A stretch of DNA of 64,000 nt from Octopus vulgaris (lineage: Eukaryota), in contig OX597833.1 of assembly GCA_951406725.2 (NCBI GenBank), positions 7,936,001 through 8,000,000 of the forward strand. The letters run 5' to 3'. Below the pieces are notes generated by a model. It had not been told where the DNA came from. It ran no database searches and was given only the letters and a program-made list of their open reading frames with translations. The position numbers and the translations under genes were made by a program. Positions 44,271 to 58,785 of the stretch are shown here, one piece after another (the first letter of the stretch is position 1; every line of letters begins with the position of its first letter).

Positions 44271-45269
44271 CATATATACATACATACATACATACATACA
44301 TACATCATACATACATACATACGTACGTACATACATACATACATACATACATACGTACATACATGCATGCATGCATGCATACTTACATACATACAATCAT
44401 ACATACATACATACAATGACTTCCGGCTTGAATTGACATGCGCACATTACAAGGCATGCATATAAATAGAGAGATACATTTAGATTCTTGTTCATATCTT
44501 TAAATGCATAATATATACAGATACGTACTTAGGTATTTATACATGTATGTGCGAATGTATAAGAGAGAGAACCTGGGGTGTTTTTGTGTGTGTGTGTGTT
44601 GTGTGTGTGTGTGTGTGTGTGCACGCTTGCGTTTGTGTGTGTGTGTGTGTGTGTTGTTAAGTGTGTTTAATATTTGTATGGGCTTGATATTAAAAAACAA
44701 GATGCGTCAGTGGATATTGAGAGCAGGTACGATAATGAAATATGCATGTATGCAAATGTATATTTATCACATGTGAACACTGGCTTCTATCTACATATGT
44801 AAATACAAAGGCAGTTTTACGTATAGCCTATCGCGAACACGGTATCTTAAAGATAGCGTGTTTGGCGCTGATATCGGGGTTTTGGATACGGAAATATATT
44901 AGTGCATTTTCTAGTCTATGTATGTATCTATGTATGCTTGCATTTATGTATGTATGCATTTATGTATATATTCATGCACATATGTATGTATGTATGTATG
45001 CATGCATGCACGCATGTATATATGTATGTAAGTATGTATGTATGTATGTATGTATGTATGCATGCATGTATGTATGTATGTATTATGTATGTATGTATGC
45101 ATGCATGTATATATGTATATAAGTATGTATGTGTGCGTATGTATATACGCATGCATGTGTGTATATGTGGATAGATGGATAGATGTGTGTTTGTCAGTAT
45201 GCATACATACACCTACATACATATACATATATTATATATGTAACGTATGTAGTGTGTATGTACATAAGG

Positions 45270-45352
<83 letters not shown>

Positions 45353-45696
45353 GAGAAACAGACAGACAGACAGACAGACAGATATGCATATATTTACAGT
45401 CAAAGCAAATCGTGATATCCTGAAATCAGTTGATACATTTTAAGGTTACGTATCAAATGATTTTGAAATATCGCTATTTTGGTTTGACTTCTTTATTGCA
45501 ACATATACGACTCGATGTCAATACAACCTCTCTAGACTTCCTTTACACAAATACTTTAATAATGGCTGGGGAGTAGTTTTTGATATTTGACTCAAGTCAA
45601 ACATGAAATACATACATACATACATACATACATACATACATACATACATACATACATACATACATACATACATACATACATACATACATACATTCA

Positions 45697-46106
45697 TACA
45701 AACGAGAAACTGTGCAGTTGTGGAAATCAGCTGCCCAGCGGATGTTAACATAAAGCTGAAGATCAGTGAAAAAGAGAACACCTGTGCTGAACTATTGAGA
45801 AATCTGCAGTTACTCTATCCATATTACGAGTTCAGGTTTATACCTGTAATTATTGGGTCCCTGGGATATTTAACACATTGCTTAAATACCAATCTTGAGA
45901 AATTAGGCTTCTCAAAACCAGAAAGGAGAAAGCTAATTCCAAGACTACAGATCCAATCCATCACTGGAACTGTAAAAATGTGTAAAACTTTCCAGAAGTT
46001 TATCATTTAAGTATATATATGAGCGTGTCTAGTTATGCAACTCTAAGCATGAGAATACATACATACATAGATTGGCAAGAAATCTTGAAGTAAAACAGAA
46101 TAATGA
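45697..46106 (+). mobile_element. 5'-truncated R4-type RLE LINE next to (TACA)n
   Basis: [52 protein letters not shown]; preceded by (TACA)n at ~45608-45692; ends TAAAACAGAATAATGA then CATA. Confidence 0.85.
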
Positions 46107-46125
46107 CATATACACATATATGTAC

Positions 46126-46194
<69 letters not shown>

Positions 46195-46198
<4 letters not shown>

Positions 46199-46950
46199 CT
46201 AAAGGATACACTCATCACCAGAAACTCCCCACCATCACTAATTGACATATGGTTTCAACGTGCTCTACAACTCAACAACCACGAACTCAGACATCCCAAA
46301 TTAAAGAAGGATTTACAACCAAAAGCCCTAGCATAATCTTCGCACACAACCCATTTAACAATGAAGCCTTCGACACCATCCTTCAAAACATTCCCCCGCC
46401 AAAAATGGACCACAGAATGAACTTAATCCTCCAAACACACACCATCATAAAAAGCGAGAGACAGCCCAAATCTATGAAAAGACTCCAAATACAAGCTCTA
46501 ATATGCTCAACAACAACACAGAAGCCATCAGTAAAAAAAAATGCGGAAGATCCAACTGTGGGATATGCGTCAATTTAAATGAGGGATCAGAGTTCTTCTT
46601 CAAACAGGGGCAATGTTTCACAGTGAAAAGTAGCCTCACATGTGCTTCAGAGAACCTGATATACGCTCTAACCTGCTCTGGGTGTCAAAAGCAATACATA
46701 GGCCAAACAAAAACAGTCTACGTCAAAGGATGACTCTGCACAGATCCCAGATCAAAATTCCCCCAAAACAGAAAAATAGCATTCAGCCAACACGTCGACA
46801 TTTGAGCCAATAACAAAAATCCAAGCTTCAGAATTTTTCTTCTCTACCAATTCAGGGACGATACAACCTGTAGCCAACGAATTAGTAAAGATACTCTCTT
46901 TATTACAGAATATAGACCCCTTTTGAACGCATCTACAACAAACGACATAT
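46195..46950 (+). mobile_element. Penelope-like element 3' part (Cys-rich linker + GIY-YIG endonuclease), frameshifted
   Basis: KKCGRSNCGIC...LTCASENLIYALTCSGCQKQYIGQT..LRQRMTLHRSQI...EYRPLLN; starts right after (TA)n. Confidence 0.88.
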
Positions 46951-47311
46951 CCACCACGGCCTTAGAATAACACACACGCAAATATAAAAATGATACATTC
47001 AAGAGATACCCAAGAATTCATTAAAAACCGTCCCAATCACTGCTATAATCCACAACGAGTCACTTTTAGGTCACTTGACCATTTAACATCCTACAACTAT
47101 CACACCATCCCTTATTATTCTCTCTTGTCCTCTTTCTCCCTCTTCGTCTTCTTCCTCTCCACCACCGCCTTCCTTACTTTACTACTACTGCTGTTTAGAA
47201 AAACACCTAAACAAATATAAACAACACATTCAAGAGATATCTCAAGAATCATGTGCTTGGAAAGCAAGCTTCTTGCCACACGGCCACGCCTGCGCCTCTG
47301 TGTGTGTGTGT

Positions 47312-47355
<44 letters not shown>

Positions 47356-47496
47356 ACACACAAACACACACGTATTGTAAACATGTGTGTGCATCTGTGT
47401 GTGTATGTATGTATGTGCATGTGTGTTTTTGCCAGGATGATTAGATGCACGGTTGTATAAAGTTGCGTCCATTCCTTTATATAGACCTTTTTTCTA

Positions 47497-47790
47497 TATC
47501 AGGCTGAGTAAAAAGTAAGCAACGTTTTGAAACATGAAATTCGTCACAATATATTCCAACAATGTGGGAATTTTGTTCATCAAAGTAAGAACCATTACAA
47601 TCAGCATATTTTTGCCAACAAGTTACAAGTTTGTTTATTCCGGTAACATAAAAACCTGGAATTCTGGAGCTGAAGAACTCCTTGAATGCACTTTCTGCAT
47701 CGGTTTGATTTTTGAATTCCTTCTCTCTCCGGAAACCATAAAGTTGCTTGAAAAGTGGCAGTCATTAGGAGAAAAGTCTGGGGAATACCC
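47497..47790 (-). mobile_element. mariner transposon 3' end (YSPD motif to probable TIR)
   Basis: YSPDFSPNDCHF followed, after a frameshift, by FLREKEFKNQTDAESAF...GINKLV..WQK; TA at the terminus. Confidence 0.8.
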
Positions 47791-48592
47791 GCTTATCATC
47801 CTCTTCCCCACCTCCCTTCCCTCCTCTTCTCTTTTCCCCCTCTTCTCCTTGCCCACCCTCCTATTCTTTCTCCCTCCATGCTTTCTTCTCCTCCCCTCCC
47901 TACTTCCTTTCTTATCTGAACTCTCATCCTCTTCTTCTCCCCACCTCTCCTTACTCTCACCCTTCTTCTTCCTTCTTTAACTTTTCCTCTCCTCCTCCCC
48001 TCATTACCATCTTATTCCCCCTCTTATTCTCCTCTTGCCCCACCACTTCCCTTCTCATACCCTCTCTTCCACCCCCTCACTTCTCCCTCCCACTCGCTGG
48101 TCTATTAGATCCGCCACCCCACCTCCCACTCATATGGCGCCATCCATCAGATCTGGAAAAAAACAACCAATAGCGTTACATATAAAAATGATGTCCGCCA
48201 TTGATGTCCCCTTAATCCAACCTGTACGACCCCAGTATACCACTGGTATTCATGTAAGCCTGCCAAAGCGACAAGCATTGACGCCCAATCGACCCTTCCC
48301 AGCATGCATTTCAATTCATCGGAATGCAATGAGTCGGCCATGATGTGCTGAGACACGTTGAGATCGTCTGGAAAGGCATCAAAGTCACTGATTCCTGCTT
48401 TCATTTCCTGTCTTCGAGTGTTACGGAATATTTTCTGGCGTCGGGAGATGAATCAAGTCAAACAAACAATAACAAGAAACACAATAAAACAAAGCAAAAA
48501 AGACTATAAATGGTTACAAACAAAAACAAACAACAAACAACAAAAATGACGGCAAACAAAAATAATTACATAAAAATATACAAAAAAAATGA

Positions 48593-48627
<35 letters not shown>

Positions 48628-48992
48628 ATTGCCAATAATTTTCAAAGATGTTCCAACTCTGTCTTTACCAATATAATTTAGGAATGTATTGATAAACAAA
48701 AAGGATGAAAAAAACAATACAAACACACATACACACCCACACACAAACACACATACATACATGTGTGTATGTATATATATATATATATTCTACAAATCTC
48801 AAGGTAAAATGTATATATTTGTGCGTGTACGTGTACGTATGTGTGCAAATAAGCACACATTCATACACACACACACACACATATATATATATTTACACAC
48901 ACACATGTATGTACATATATATATATATTATTTATGTATGTAGATATGTATGCATGTATGTATGGATGGATGTATATATATATTTGTATATT

Positions 48993-49036
<44 letters not shown>

Positions 49037-49048
49037 TGTGTATAAATA

Positions 49049-49095
<47 letters not shown>

Positions 49096-49559
49096 TGCAT
49101 GCGTCTGTGTATGGAATACACAAGCATAAATGCTGGTGTGAATGGGTGTGCATGCGTAGCTGTGTGTGTGTGTGTGTGTGTACACAGATTCCACTCTCTT
49201 CGACAAGAACAACACCAACAAGAACAAGAAGAACACCGACACCAGCCACTGCAATAACGTTTTACATAACAACTAGTTTCCATAACTAGTTGCAGTAATG
49301 GCTTCTATTTCACATGAGAAGATATTGACTTTAGCTGTTGGTACTCGGTCTTTTATAAGCGATGAGGGGGGAGGGGATGAGGGGGGAGGGGAGGAGACAG
49401 TCGCATCGTAACAACAACAACAACAATAACAATAACAACAACAACAACAACGATGACGACGAAAGGCAACAATCAAAACAACAATGGCCTATCTTGTTTC
49501 ATTCCTGAGTAAAAAAATATATTCTATTCTCTTAGGGTGTATGGCTTACTGATATGGTT

Positions 49560-49624
<65 letters not shown>

Positions 49625-49746
49625 ACTCGTACCGACAGATAGACGCGTGTATATGTGAACGTGTATAGGTATAATGTGTGTATGTGTGCGCGCGTGTGGT
49701 TGTGTAAAGTGTGTTAACACTGGTTGTTATGTAAGGTAATATAGAC

Positions 49747-49782
<36 letters not shown>

Positions 49783-49847
49783 CCAAATACATACAACTAA
49801 TATATCGATATATATATTTATATATATATACCTATATAAACGTGTGG

Positions 49848-49886
<39 letters not shown>

Positions 49887-49993
49887 CGTATGTATACTTC
49901 ACTGCATCATGATTTGAAATGTGTGTAATATATATGCATGTATGCATGTATGTGTGTGTGTGTATATGTGTGTGTGTATGTGTGGGTGTGTGT

Positions 49994-50066
<73 letters not shown>

Positions 50067-50432
50067 ATATATGTACATATATATATACTTATATATACAT
50101 ACGTATACATATGCATACTTATATAGATAAAGAAATGCAAATACACACACACATATATATATACATACATGTACACCTCTACCTATGGAACTATCGAAAT
50201 ACGCATCCATAATGACACACACACATACACACACACATGTACAAACGTGTGTGTCTAAGTTTGCATGTAAGCATATATATATGTGTGTGTGTGATATATA
50301 TATATACATATATATACATATATATAAATATATATACATATATATATATGCATATATATACATATATATATATGTATATATGTATATACATCTATATACA
50401 AATGTATATATACATATATATATGTATATATA

Positions 50433-50501
<69 letters not shown>

Positions 50502-50713
50502 GTATATATATAATTGATAGATAGATAGATAGATAGATAGATATGTATATATGCATGTAACTGTATATGTGTTTTGTGCATGCGTGTGTATATTTATATT
50601 TCAAATTGCCGACCATAATCCATATTTTGACATTTATTGAATCAGACAAAATTTGAATTGCAAAAATAACTTTGGTCTGTGTAACATGGTTTACGTAGGT
50701 GTGTGTGTATGTG

Positions 50714-50738
50714 TGCATCTGTTCATGTACATAATTGT

Positions 50739-50790
<52 letters not shown>

Positions 50791-50812
50791 ATCTGTTCAT
50801 GTACATAATTGT

Positions 50813-50854
<42 letters not shown>

Positions 50855-50892
50855 CTGTTCATGAACATAATTGTGAGTCTGTGTGTGTGAGT

Positions 50893-50931
<39 letters not shown>
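50714..50931. repeat. Three-unit minisatellite: ATCTGTTCATG(T/A)ACATAATTGTG anchor + variable (GT)n
   Basis: Anchor at ~50717, ~50790 and ~50853. Confidence 0.9.
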
Positions 50932-50935
<4 letters not shown>

Positions 50936-51051
50936 CGCTCGTGTAAGAATGTTAAAATGTATGCATATTTGTAAGCACGTATGTGTGTGTATAGTATATA
51001 TGCACACATGAATGTTTCATGTGTGCGTATATGTTTCTACGCACCTATATG

Positions 51052-51790
51052 CAGAGTGCGAGAGGCATTTGAAGACATATTTGCTAATTTGATAAAACAA
51101 CTCTAGTCTAACAAAAATCAAATGTATTTTAATAAAATTTGGTGCGTTTGTTCTCCATAAGTTTTCTTATAAGATTCTTTTATGAATCTGCTTACAGCTT
51201 TGATGACTGCTTCAATGCCGGGACCCGAATCATTGACACGCCTTCACTAAATGGTCTTTGTTCATTTCGGATATCACCCGGTCAATAGCGGCCGTCATTG
51301 TAGCTATGGTATAGCGAGGATGTTCGGTTAGTCTCTGTATCAACGACGCTTCAAATGAATCCGTACGATTTTAAATCTTGTGAGTTTGGTGTTAAATGAT
51401 CGAAAAAAGATTGTCTGGCACATCCATTCTTGGGTGGGTTTTATGAAAAGGTGTTGGGGTTTGTTGAAGGTTTAACAACTGTCTCCAACACCTCAGTGTA
51501 TTCAGCAGCCTTAATTCTAAGACCCTGTGGGAAAATGTGAGTTGACATGACACAACCTTCGTTACTGGAAACCTTGTGTACATTTCTCTGGAGACATCAG
51601 AAGAATTTGCACCTAACCATCTGTCATTTCGCCTGTTTGGCCTTTGTTCGAATTTTCCTTCATCAGAGAAGACCCAAAGCATGTCCTGTTTGTGAGAGTT
51701 TTTAACCTTGTTTATCGCTTGGCACAGATCAAACGGCTTCCCATGTCTTTGCAGACATGAATTGGCCTCTCCCTGGTACCTATAAATTGT
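51052..51790 (-). mobile_element. Tc1/mariner (maT/DD37D-like) transposase relic
   Basis: MLWVFSDEGKF..NRRNDRWL..MYTRFP, AAEYTEVLETVVKP, PNSQDL, IEAVIKA; same type as 1-380. Confidence 0.8.
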
Positions 51791-51829
51791 ATTAATACAT
51801 GGGTGTTTCGCTCATCATCTTTAAATAAA

Positions 51830-52041
51830 TCTTATTCAGAGACCTTATGAGGGGGACAGACTCCTTGACCTGAAGAAAATTCTAACTGGGTCCCACCCCT
51901 GCACTGTTTATCTTGACATGAGGTCACCAAGTCATGCATATATGGTTGTCATGCATGTACCTGGTGCTCTTATGCTCAAGAAGAAGAAGAAGAAGAAGAA
52001 GAAGAAGAAGAAGAAGAAGAAGAAGAAGAAGAAGAAGAAGA
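51830..52041 (+). mobile_element. Diverged fragment of the 18884-19440 element followed by (AAG)n
   Basis: Shared blocks with ~19205-19350. Confidence 0.7.
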
Positions 52042-52809
52042 ACGCTTTAAGAACAATAACACTGATTAATGGAACTGCGATAGCTTCATGAAAAAGGAAT
52101 GAACCTGATTAGACTCCTCTAAAAGTAATCAGTTGACTTCATTCCAGCAGAAGGAACCGCATGAAGATCACAACTTCCCAAATTATTTCTTTTTCTCCAA
52201 AATATAAAACATTTATTTGTTCTTTGTAAAAAGAAAAAGAAGAGAAAAAAAAGAAGAAAATTGGAACGGAAACTGGCCGTGATTCGAACCCTCATAGAAG
52301 AGTATCACTTCTAAGTATTGTTAATACTTTTCAAATGGAATGACTCATCTGACATTCATGCAATATTTCACCATTTTATTCAATGCATTAAATGTCCAAT
52401 TAGTCTTGATTTATTCGGCATTTGTGTCATCTTTTTCTAAATATATCCGTTGATAAATGGATTATTGACGATTCAGCCAAACGTTCTTCCATAACTTTAT
52501 CCATTTCAGTCGAAAACTGGGGAACTGGCGGGATCGATCTGTAGTTATGGAGTTCTCGGACATTTCAAACTCTCAAGTCCGACTATGAAAGAACTTGAAG
52601 CTCTGTGATCTTTCGGTGTTCAATAAAAATAAAATGAGTCCTCGTTGGCCATTCCCGTCGAGTGATTAGGAAAATATATTTTTGGGTCGCTCGGCCAAAT
52701 CTTTTATTTGGACGTTTCTACAATTATATCCTTGAATGTAAAGCAGGAAATAGCAGAGCGCGGATTGGTAAATGTTATGACCATGTTAGGGATTGGGGTG
52801 TTGCTCGAT

Positions 52810-53112
52810 GTATTGTACTGCAGGAGAAACTGGTCCTCCGTCGGTTACGACGACGAGCTTTTCAGTTAATCCGGACCAACGGAACAGCCTGCTCGTGAAA
52901 TTAACATGCAATTGGCTGAGTACTCCACAGACACGCGTAACCTTAACGTAGTTCTCAGAGAGACTTAGCGTGAGACAGAAAGCGACAAGATTGGCTCTTT
53001 GAATAACAAGTGCAGCTCATGTTTGTCAGCCGAGTGAACTGGGGCAACGAGAAATGAAGTGACTTGCTCAAGAACACAATGCATCTCGACGGGAATTGAA
53101 CTCACGACCTTG
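52810..53112 (-). mobile_element. tRNA-derived SINE (further family)
   Basis: Minus strand AAGGTCGTGAGTTCAATTCCCG B-box head followed by GTTCTTGAGCAAGTCACTT. Confidence 0.65.
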
Positions 53113-53159
53113 TACTTCAAGAAACATAACAGCGATGGTAATATTGATAAGTGTAACAA

Positions 53160-53520
53160 GGCTACGAGCTAGCAGAAGCGTTAGCACGTCGGGCGAAATG
53201 CCTAGCAGTATTTCGTTTGACTTGGCGTTCTGAGTTCAAATTCCGCCGAGGTCGCATTTGCCTTTCATCCTTTTGTGATCAATGAATTAAGTACCAGTTG
53301 TATACTGGAGTCGATCTAATCGACTGGCCCCCTCCCCATAGATCTCGGGCTTTGTGCCTAAAGTAGAAAAGAATACAGGTTTATTACGTTCTGAGTTCAA
53401 ATTCTGCCGAGGTCGACTCTGCCTTTCATCCTTTCGGGGTCGATAAATTAAGTGCCAGTTGTGTACTGGGGTCGATCTAATCGACTGCCCCACCCCTCCC
53501 CAAGGATCTCGGGCCTTGCT
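53160..53520 (+). mobile_element. SINE family M dimer
   Basis: Two head-to-tail CGTTCTGAGTTCAAATTC...GATCTCGGGC units. Confidence 0.85.
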
Positions 53521-53544
53521 ATGTGTAACACAGTATCTTTCCTC

Positions 53545-53761
53545 TTTTATTGGTTTCAGTCATTGGATTGCGTCCATACTGGAAGTGGACCACCTCTAAA
53601 AGTTTAAATGAACAAATCGCCCCGGGACTTATTCTTTTGTAAGCCCAGTACTTATTCTATTGGTCTCTTTTTCCCGAACCGCTAAGTAACGGGGACATAA
53701 ACACACCAGCGTCGGTTGTCAAGCAATGCTAGGGGGACAAACACAGATACACAAACACACA

Positions 53762-53815
<54 letters not shown>

Positions 53816-53981
53816 TACGACGGGCTTCTTTTAGTTTCCGTCTACCAAATCCACTCACAAGGCTTTTGGTCGGCCCGAGGCTATAGTAGAAGACACTTGC
53901 CCAAGATGCCACGCAGTGGGATTGAACCCAGAACCATGTGGTTGGTAAGCAAGCTACTTACCACACAGCCACTCCTGCGCC
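53545..53981 (-). mobile_element. SINE family C
   Basis: Reverse-complement match to 5891-6290. Confidence 0.9.
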
Positions 53982-53995
53982 TATTGAGTATGTAG

Positions 53996-54275
53996 TGTTT
54001 TATATATTAAAATGTATTTCACTCATAAAAATATTCGTTAATTTCAATCGTGTTTTTGGTTTCTGAAAAACTTTTATAAGGCTTTTTCGTTTTGGGATTT
54101 GGTTTGCAAGATTCTTTATATGAGTTCCTGTGTTGAAGCATATTCTGTTGTGTCTGGGGAGAGTCATTTTCTTTTTGTGCCTTATAATGCAACACACTCA
54201 CCGGTAAAATTTCCACTTTTTTCTTATTTTTATTTTCCTAAAACTTTCGTTTCGTCTCGTGCAACCTTTTCAATC
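53996..54275. mobile_element. Second copy of the 32240 family, without the foldback
   Basis: GCAAGATTCTTTAT.TGAGTTC.TGTGTTGAAGCATATT..GTTGTGTCTGGGGA...GCAACCTTTTCAAT shared. Confidence 0.75.
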
Positions 54276-55344
54276 TTTAAAAAGGCTTTTATTAGGCTTT
54301 AACTTTGACTATGGTAGTATCTATGGAAGACCGGTGAGATTATTATTTGTATGGGCTCAATGATTGGTCGCAATAACATATAATTTGGTTATTAGTACCG
54401 ATACAATGTACATTGGTTTAAATGTCTCTTTGTTGTAGTTTTATTACAGTTAGTGTTTAATCCTGCCTATAAATTGATTGATTGAAATAATGTGATTATT
54501 AATCTTTACGCTTATATAATACTAAGAAAGACGGTATGGATTATAATTCTTGCATGACTTAATAGAGTTGTCGATGTTTAGTTACGTATTTAGGAGTTGT
54601 TGTAATTCACTTATTGAATTTATTTATCGATACGGTTGTACATTGGGAAAAATGTGTTTCAAAGTTGTGGTTTCTTTGGTTTGTTTGTTCTCAGACAACA
54701 CTTCTTTTAGTGCTGTTGACACGGCCGGATTGACTGAAACAAGTAAAGGAATCCAAGAATAATACGTTTCCACCGAATAAACCGTTCCTGGTTCAACCGA
54801 AATGACGTTGGTTCGCGTATTCTTACGCTAAGGTTGGCAAGATTTAAATATATATAAACGTCTATAACAGAAGGGAGAAGGATGGAAGGGAACAAGGAAA
54901 AGTCACGTGATGCTCCACTGGAGTCACGTGATGCTTCTACTACTGTTTAGAAAAAGGTTTTAGTGTAAATATTTTTGAGTTTTGCGGCTAAAAGGGATTT
55001 TTACGTTTTTCTTGTTTTTTTTATCGTCTTATCTTTCTTGTTTTTGTAATATAAGAAAAGGTAGCGGTCTTCCACGCAGTTTCCTTCAGCCAAATTCACT
55101 CCAAAGGCATTGGTTGGCTCGGGATTATGGAAGAAGACGCTCGTCCAAATGCCGCGCAGTGAGATCGAACCTGGAATCACGTGGTTGCAAAGCGATCTTC
55201 TTAACCCCCACCGCCGTGCCTGCGTCCATAGCGTCGACGTTGGCGATTGAAGTGTTGTTGGATGTCTACTGTCGATGCTGTTTCTGCGGCAGCAAATGTT
55301 ATTTCAGTTGCTGCTGCTGCTGCTGCTGCTGGTATTCTGTATGG

Positions 55345-55580
55345 TGAAGGCGGCGAGCTGGCAGAACCGTTAGCACGCCGGGCGAAATGCTTAGCGGCAT
55401 TTCGTCTGTCGTTACGTTATGAGTTCAAATTCCGCCGAGGTCGACTTTGCCTTTCATCCTTTCGGGGTCGATTAAATAAGTACTAATTACGCACTGGGGT
55501 CGATATAATCGACTTAATCCGTTTGTCTGTCCTTGTTTGTCCTCTCTGTGTTTAGCCCCTTGTGGGTAATAAAGAAATAG
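55345..55580 (+). mobile_element. SINE family M, full length
   Basis: GAAGGCGGCGAGCTGGCAG...AATAAAGAAATAGGTATT; flanked by a probable target-site duplication GGTATTCTGTATG (55331 and 55580). Confidence 0.9.
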
Positions 55581-57280
55581 GTATTCTGTATGAGACAGAT
55601 GTGGGTAGATGATTTTACATCGGTGTTGGACAACCAACGAGTGATCGCAAGTTCATTCCCAATCCTGTGTTATGACTATGGAAAAGTTCACCTCGGTATA
55701 CATAAGAACAACAGCGTGGTTTAGTTCACTGTACTTTGTCCATGGCCAAGGAATTTAATATTTATCAACAGCTCAGTTTACGTAGCTGTTACTTGGTACC
55801 ACAGTGCGGTATAGTTCACTGCACTGTGTCCATGACCAACACACTTCAATGTCAGCAGTCCAGCCTAGCTAGCTGCGACTAGGTACCCAAGCTGGGTATC
55901 ACTACTGTGTCTATGACCAAAATATTGAAATATCAACAGCCCGGTCCATCTAACTTTAAATATCGATTTTGCTTAGCTAACTTATTGATGTATCGCTCCT
56001 TAAATACTTTCTATGAATAATCACATGTTGATGGGGATTGGCAGAATTACAAAATTCCAGCTATTTTCGGGTTTAATGTTTCCTCGTGCTATCAAATGCA
56101 GGTCGCTTTCTTATTCCCAACTCTCTTTTCCCTCATATAATTCGTTTACATGTGTCCTGTACTTTGTAAACTACTTAAATTTATGAGAAATTTATTGTTG
56201 TTCATATCATTGCTATCGACGTTAATTTTTAAAGCTCTCTATCACCCACATCTCTCGAGTATTTACAACATACAAGTCGTTTCGGCTACTGATGCAGTTG
56301 ATTTTAAAGCTCTCCTCACACACATTTCTAAAGAATATATTCCTCATTCCGCTACAAAACCGAAATCGTCTGCTTCATACAAATTTTAACAAGGACAACA
56401 TTACTTTATCTCAGCTCTTCCTTCTGCTACTGAATGAATTATCACAGCCATTTCTGCTATCCTTGTCTCTCGTCGTTACTTACTGATGTTACTGATGTTG
56501 TTGTTGTCGTCGTTATGAACCATTTACTCATGTCATTTATCTTCCATTTTGTTTGCCGCCAACTCAAACAACAAAAACCTCTAAACCTTCCGTTCGCTCA
56601 CAAATCAACATGGCGGCCATGCAGTAAAAGTTGACTCGTTGTTGTACCGCCTTGCTGATCAATGCTGGCTCACATTAATTTGATTAATCATTCATCATAG
56701 CTGTAGGAAAATGTCTCTCTAGCGTCTATTCCCTTTGGTTCAATGGAATTCTCATTAAACGGGTGGCTACGGCATGTTAGGGGCGGAATATTCAACTGTC
56801 TCTATCAGACGTTTACGCACACACACACACGCTCACGAATATACATATATATATATATAAACACACACGCACGCACACGCATAGATACATACATACATAG
56901 AAATATATACATATACATAAACACATACATGCACATATACATAGAAATATATACATATATATATAAACACATACATACATAGAAGCATAAACACATACAT
57001 GCATAGAAACATAGCTATATACACACACATATATATAAAAACGTGCATACACACGCATTCACAGACACTCGTATGTATGTAAACATACACGCACACAAGC
57101 ATACAGGCACTGGCACACACATATACACATCTCTACACATGCATATACATGCATACGCCCTCACATATATATATACAAACACATACACCTGTACACACGC
57201 ATAAGTGCAAATACACATATACACACATACATAAGCATATATACATACACAAACACGTACACGAACATGGATACGCGCAG

Positions 57281-57313
<33 letters not shown>

Positions 57314-58149
57314 CACACATAGACATGCCTGTGCATATCTGCATACACACATACATATGTATGCATACATGCATTAAGGCATCACACACACACATACAAG
57401 CTTATATATACATATACTCATACGTGCATACTTACATGCGTAGATACACAAACACACACGCACGCACACCTGAATATGCTGACATACTTTCGCACACACA
57501 TGACCCTATACTCACCAGCATCTTTTGATGCTTACAGACACACAGACAGACAGACAGACATAGAGGCATATAATTTAACACTCTCACAAATACACATATA
57601 AATGCGGAAACACACATACACACACACTTGCACATTCACATAAGCATGCATACATACATACAGTCGTACGTACGTACATACATACATTCATATATACATA
57701 CATGGATGCATACATACATACATGCATACATACGCACGTACGTAAATGCATACATACATGCTGACGTACATACTCACATACATGCATTCATATATACACA
57801 CACATATATATATACACACGTCCATACATACATACGTACAAACATACATTTGTATATACATACGTACATACACATACACACACATACGTACGTACATACA
57901 TACATATATGCATATATATATATATATACATGTTCATACACACATACAGATATACAGACAGACAGAAAGTGGTACGTACTACATATACATACATGTCTAT
58001 AGATACATACATACGTACATACATACATCCATACACACGCGCGCTCATACACACACACACACACAACGTTCATAGACACGAGAAACAAAAGAGAATATCG
58101 GAAAATTTGCATGGAATGAATCGAGAAATTCATTTTCAAATCTCATCAC

Positions 58150-58450
58150 TGAAGGCGCAAGCGTGGCTGCGTGGGAAGACGTCTGCTGCCCAATCACATG
58201 GTTCCGGGTTCAGTCCCACTTACCTGACACCTTACGTGTGTGTCCTTTACTTCAGGCCGACCAAGGTCTTGTGGGTGAGAAGCTCGTTGTGTGAGTGTGT
58301 GTGTGTGTTTGTCCAACCGCCGCTTGATAGCAGGTGCTGGTTTATTTTCGTCCCTGTACTTAGCGGTTCGGCAAAATAGATCAGCAGAATTATTACCAGG
58401 CTTAAAAATGAATACTGGGGCTGATTTGTTCGTCGCACCCATTCAAGGCC
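58150..58450 (+). mobile_element. SINE family C, diverged
   Basis: GGCGCAAGCGTGGCTG...CACATGGTTCCGGGTTCAGTCCCAC...CTTAGCGGTTCGGCAAAA. Confidence 0.75.
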
Positions 58451-58507
58451 ATTATATAAACGGGATGTGCATGTATAAATATACATATGCATACATACGC
58501 TATAGGT

Positions 58508-58785
58508 GGAGGCGCAATGGCTCAGTGGTTAGAGCAGCGGATCTCGGTTTCGATTCCCAGACCGGGCGTTGTGAGTGTTTATTGAGCGAAAACACCTAAA
58601 AGTTCCACGAGGTTCCGGCGATCCCTGCTGTACTCTTTCACTACAACTTTCTCTCACTCTTTCCTCTGTTGACCTACTCGCTTAGCCAGCGGGGTGGCGT
58701 CATTCAAATGCTAAAACAATGCGAAGCGCATTGTAACCAGCGATGTGGAGCAACATCTGATAGCCTGGTCGGTCACGGTGATCTC
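58508..58785 (+). mobile_element. tRNA-derived SINE (third family)
   Basis: A box TGGCTCAGTGG, B box-like GGTTTCGATTCCC; 3' part repeated at 10212-10335. Confidence 0.8.

Noticed and set aside
48147-48404. 85-aa minus-strand ORF near the mariner fragment
   Set aside because: No clear motif; cannot be assigned to the mariner or to a gene
58508-58570. tRNA-like A/B boxes here and at other SINE heads
   Set aside because: No complete cloverleaf; they continue into repeated SINE bodies
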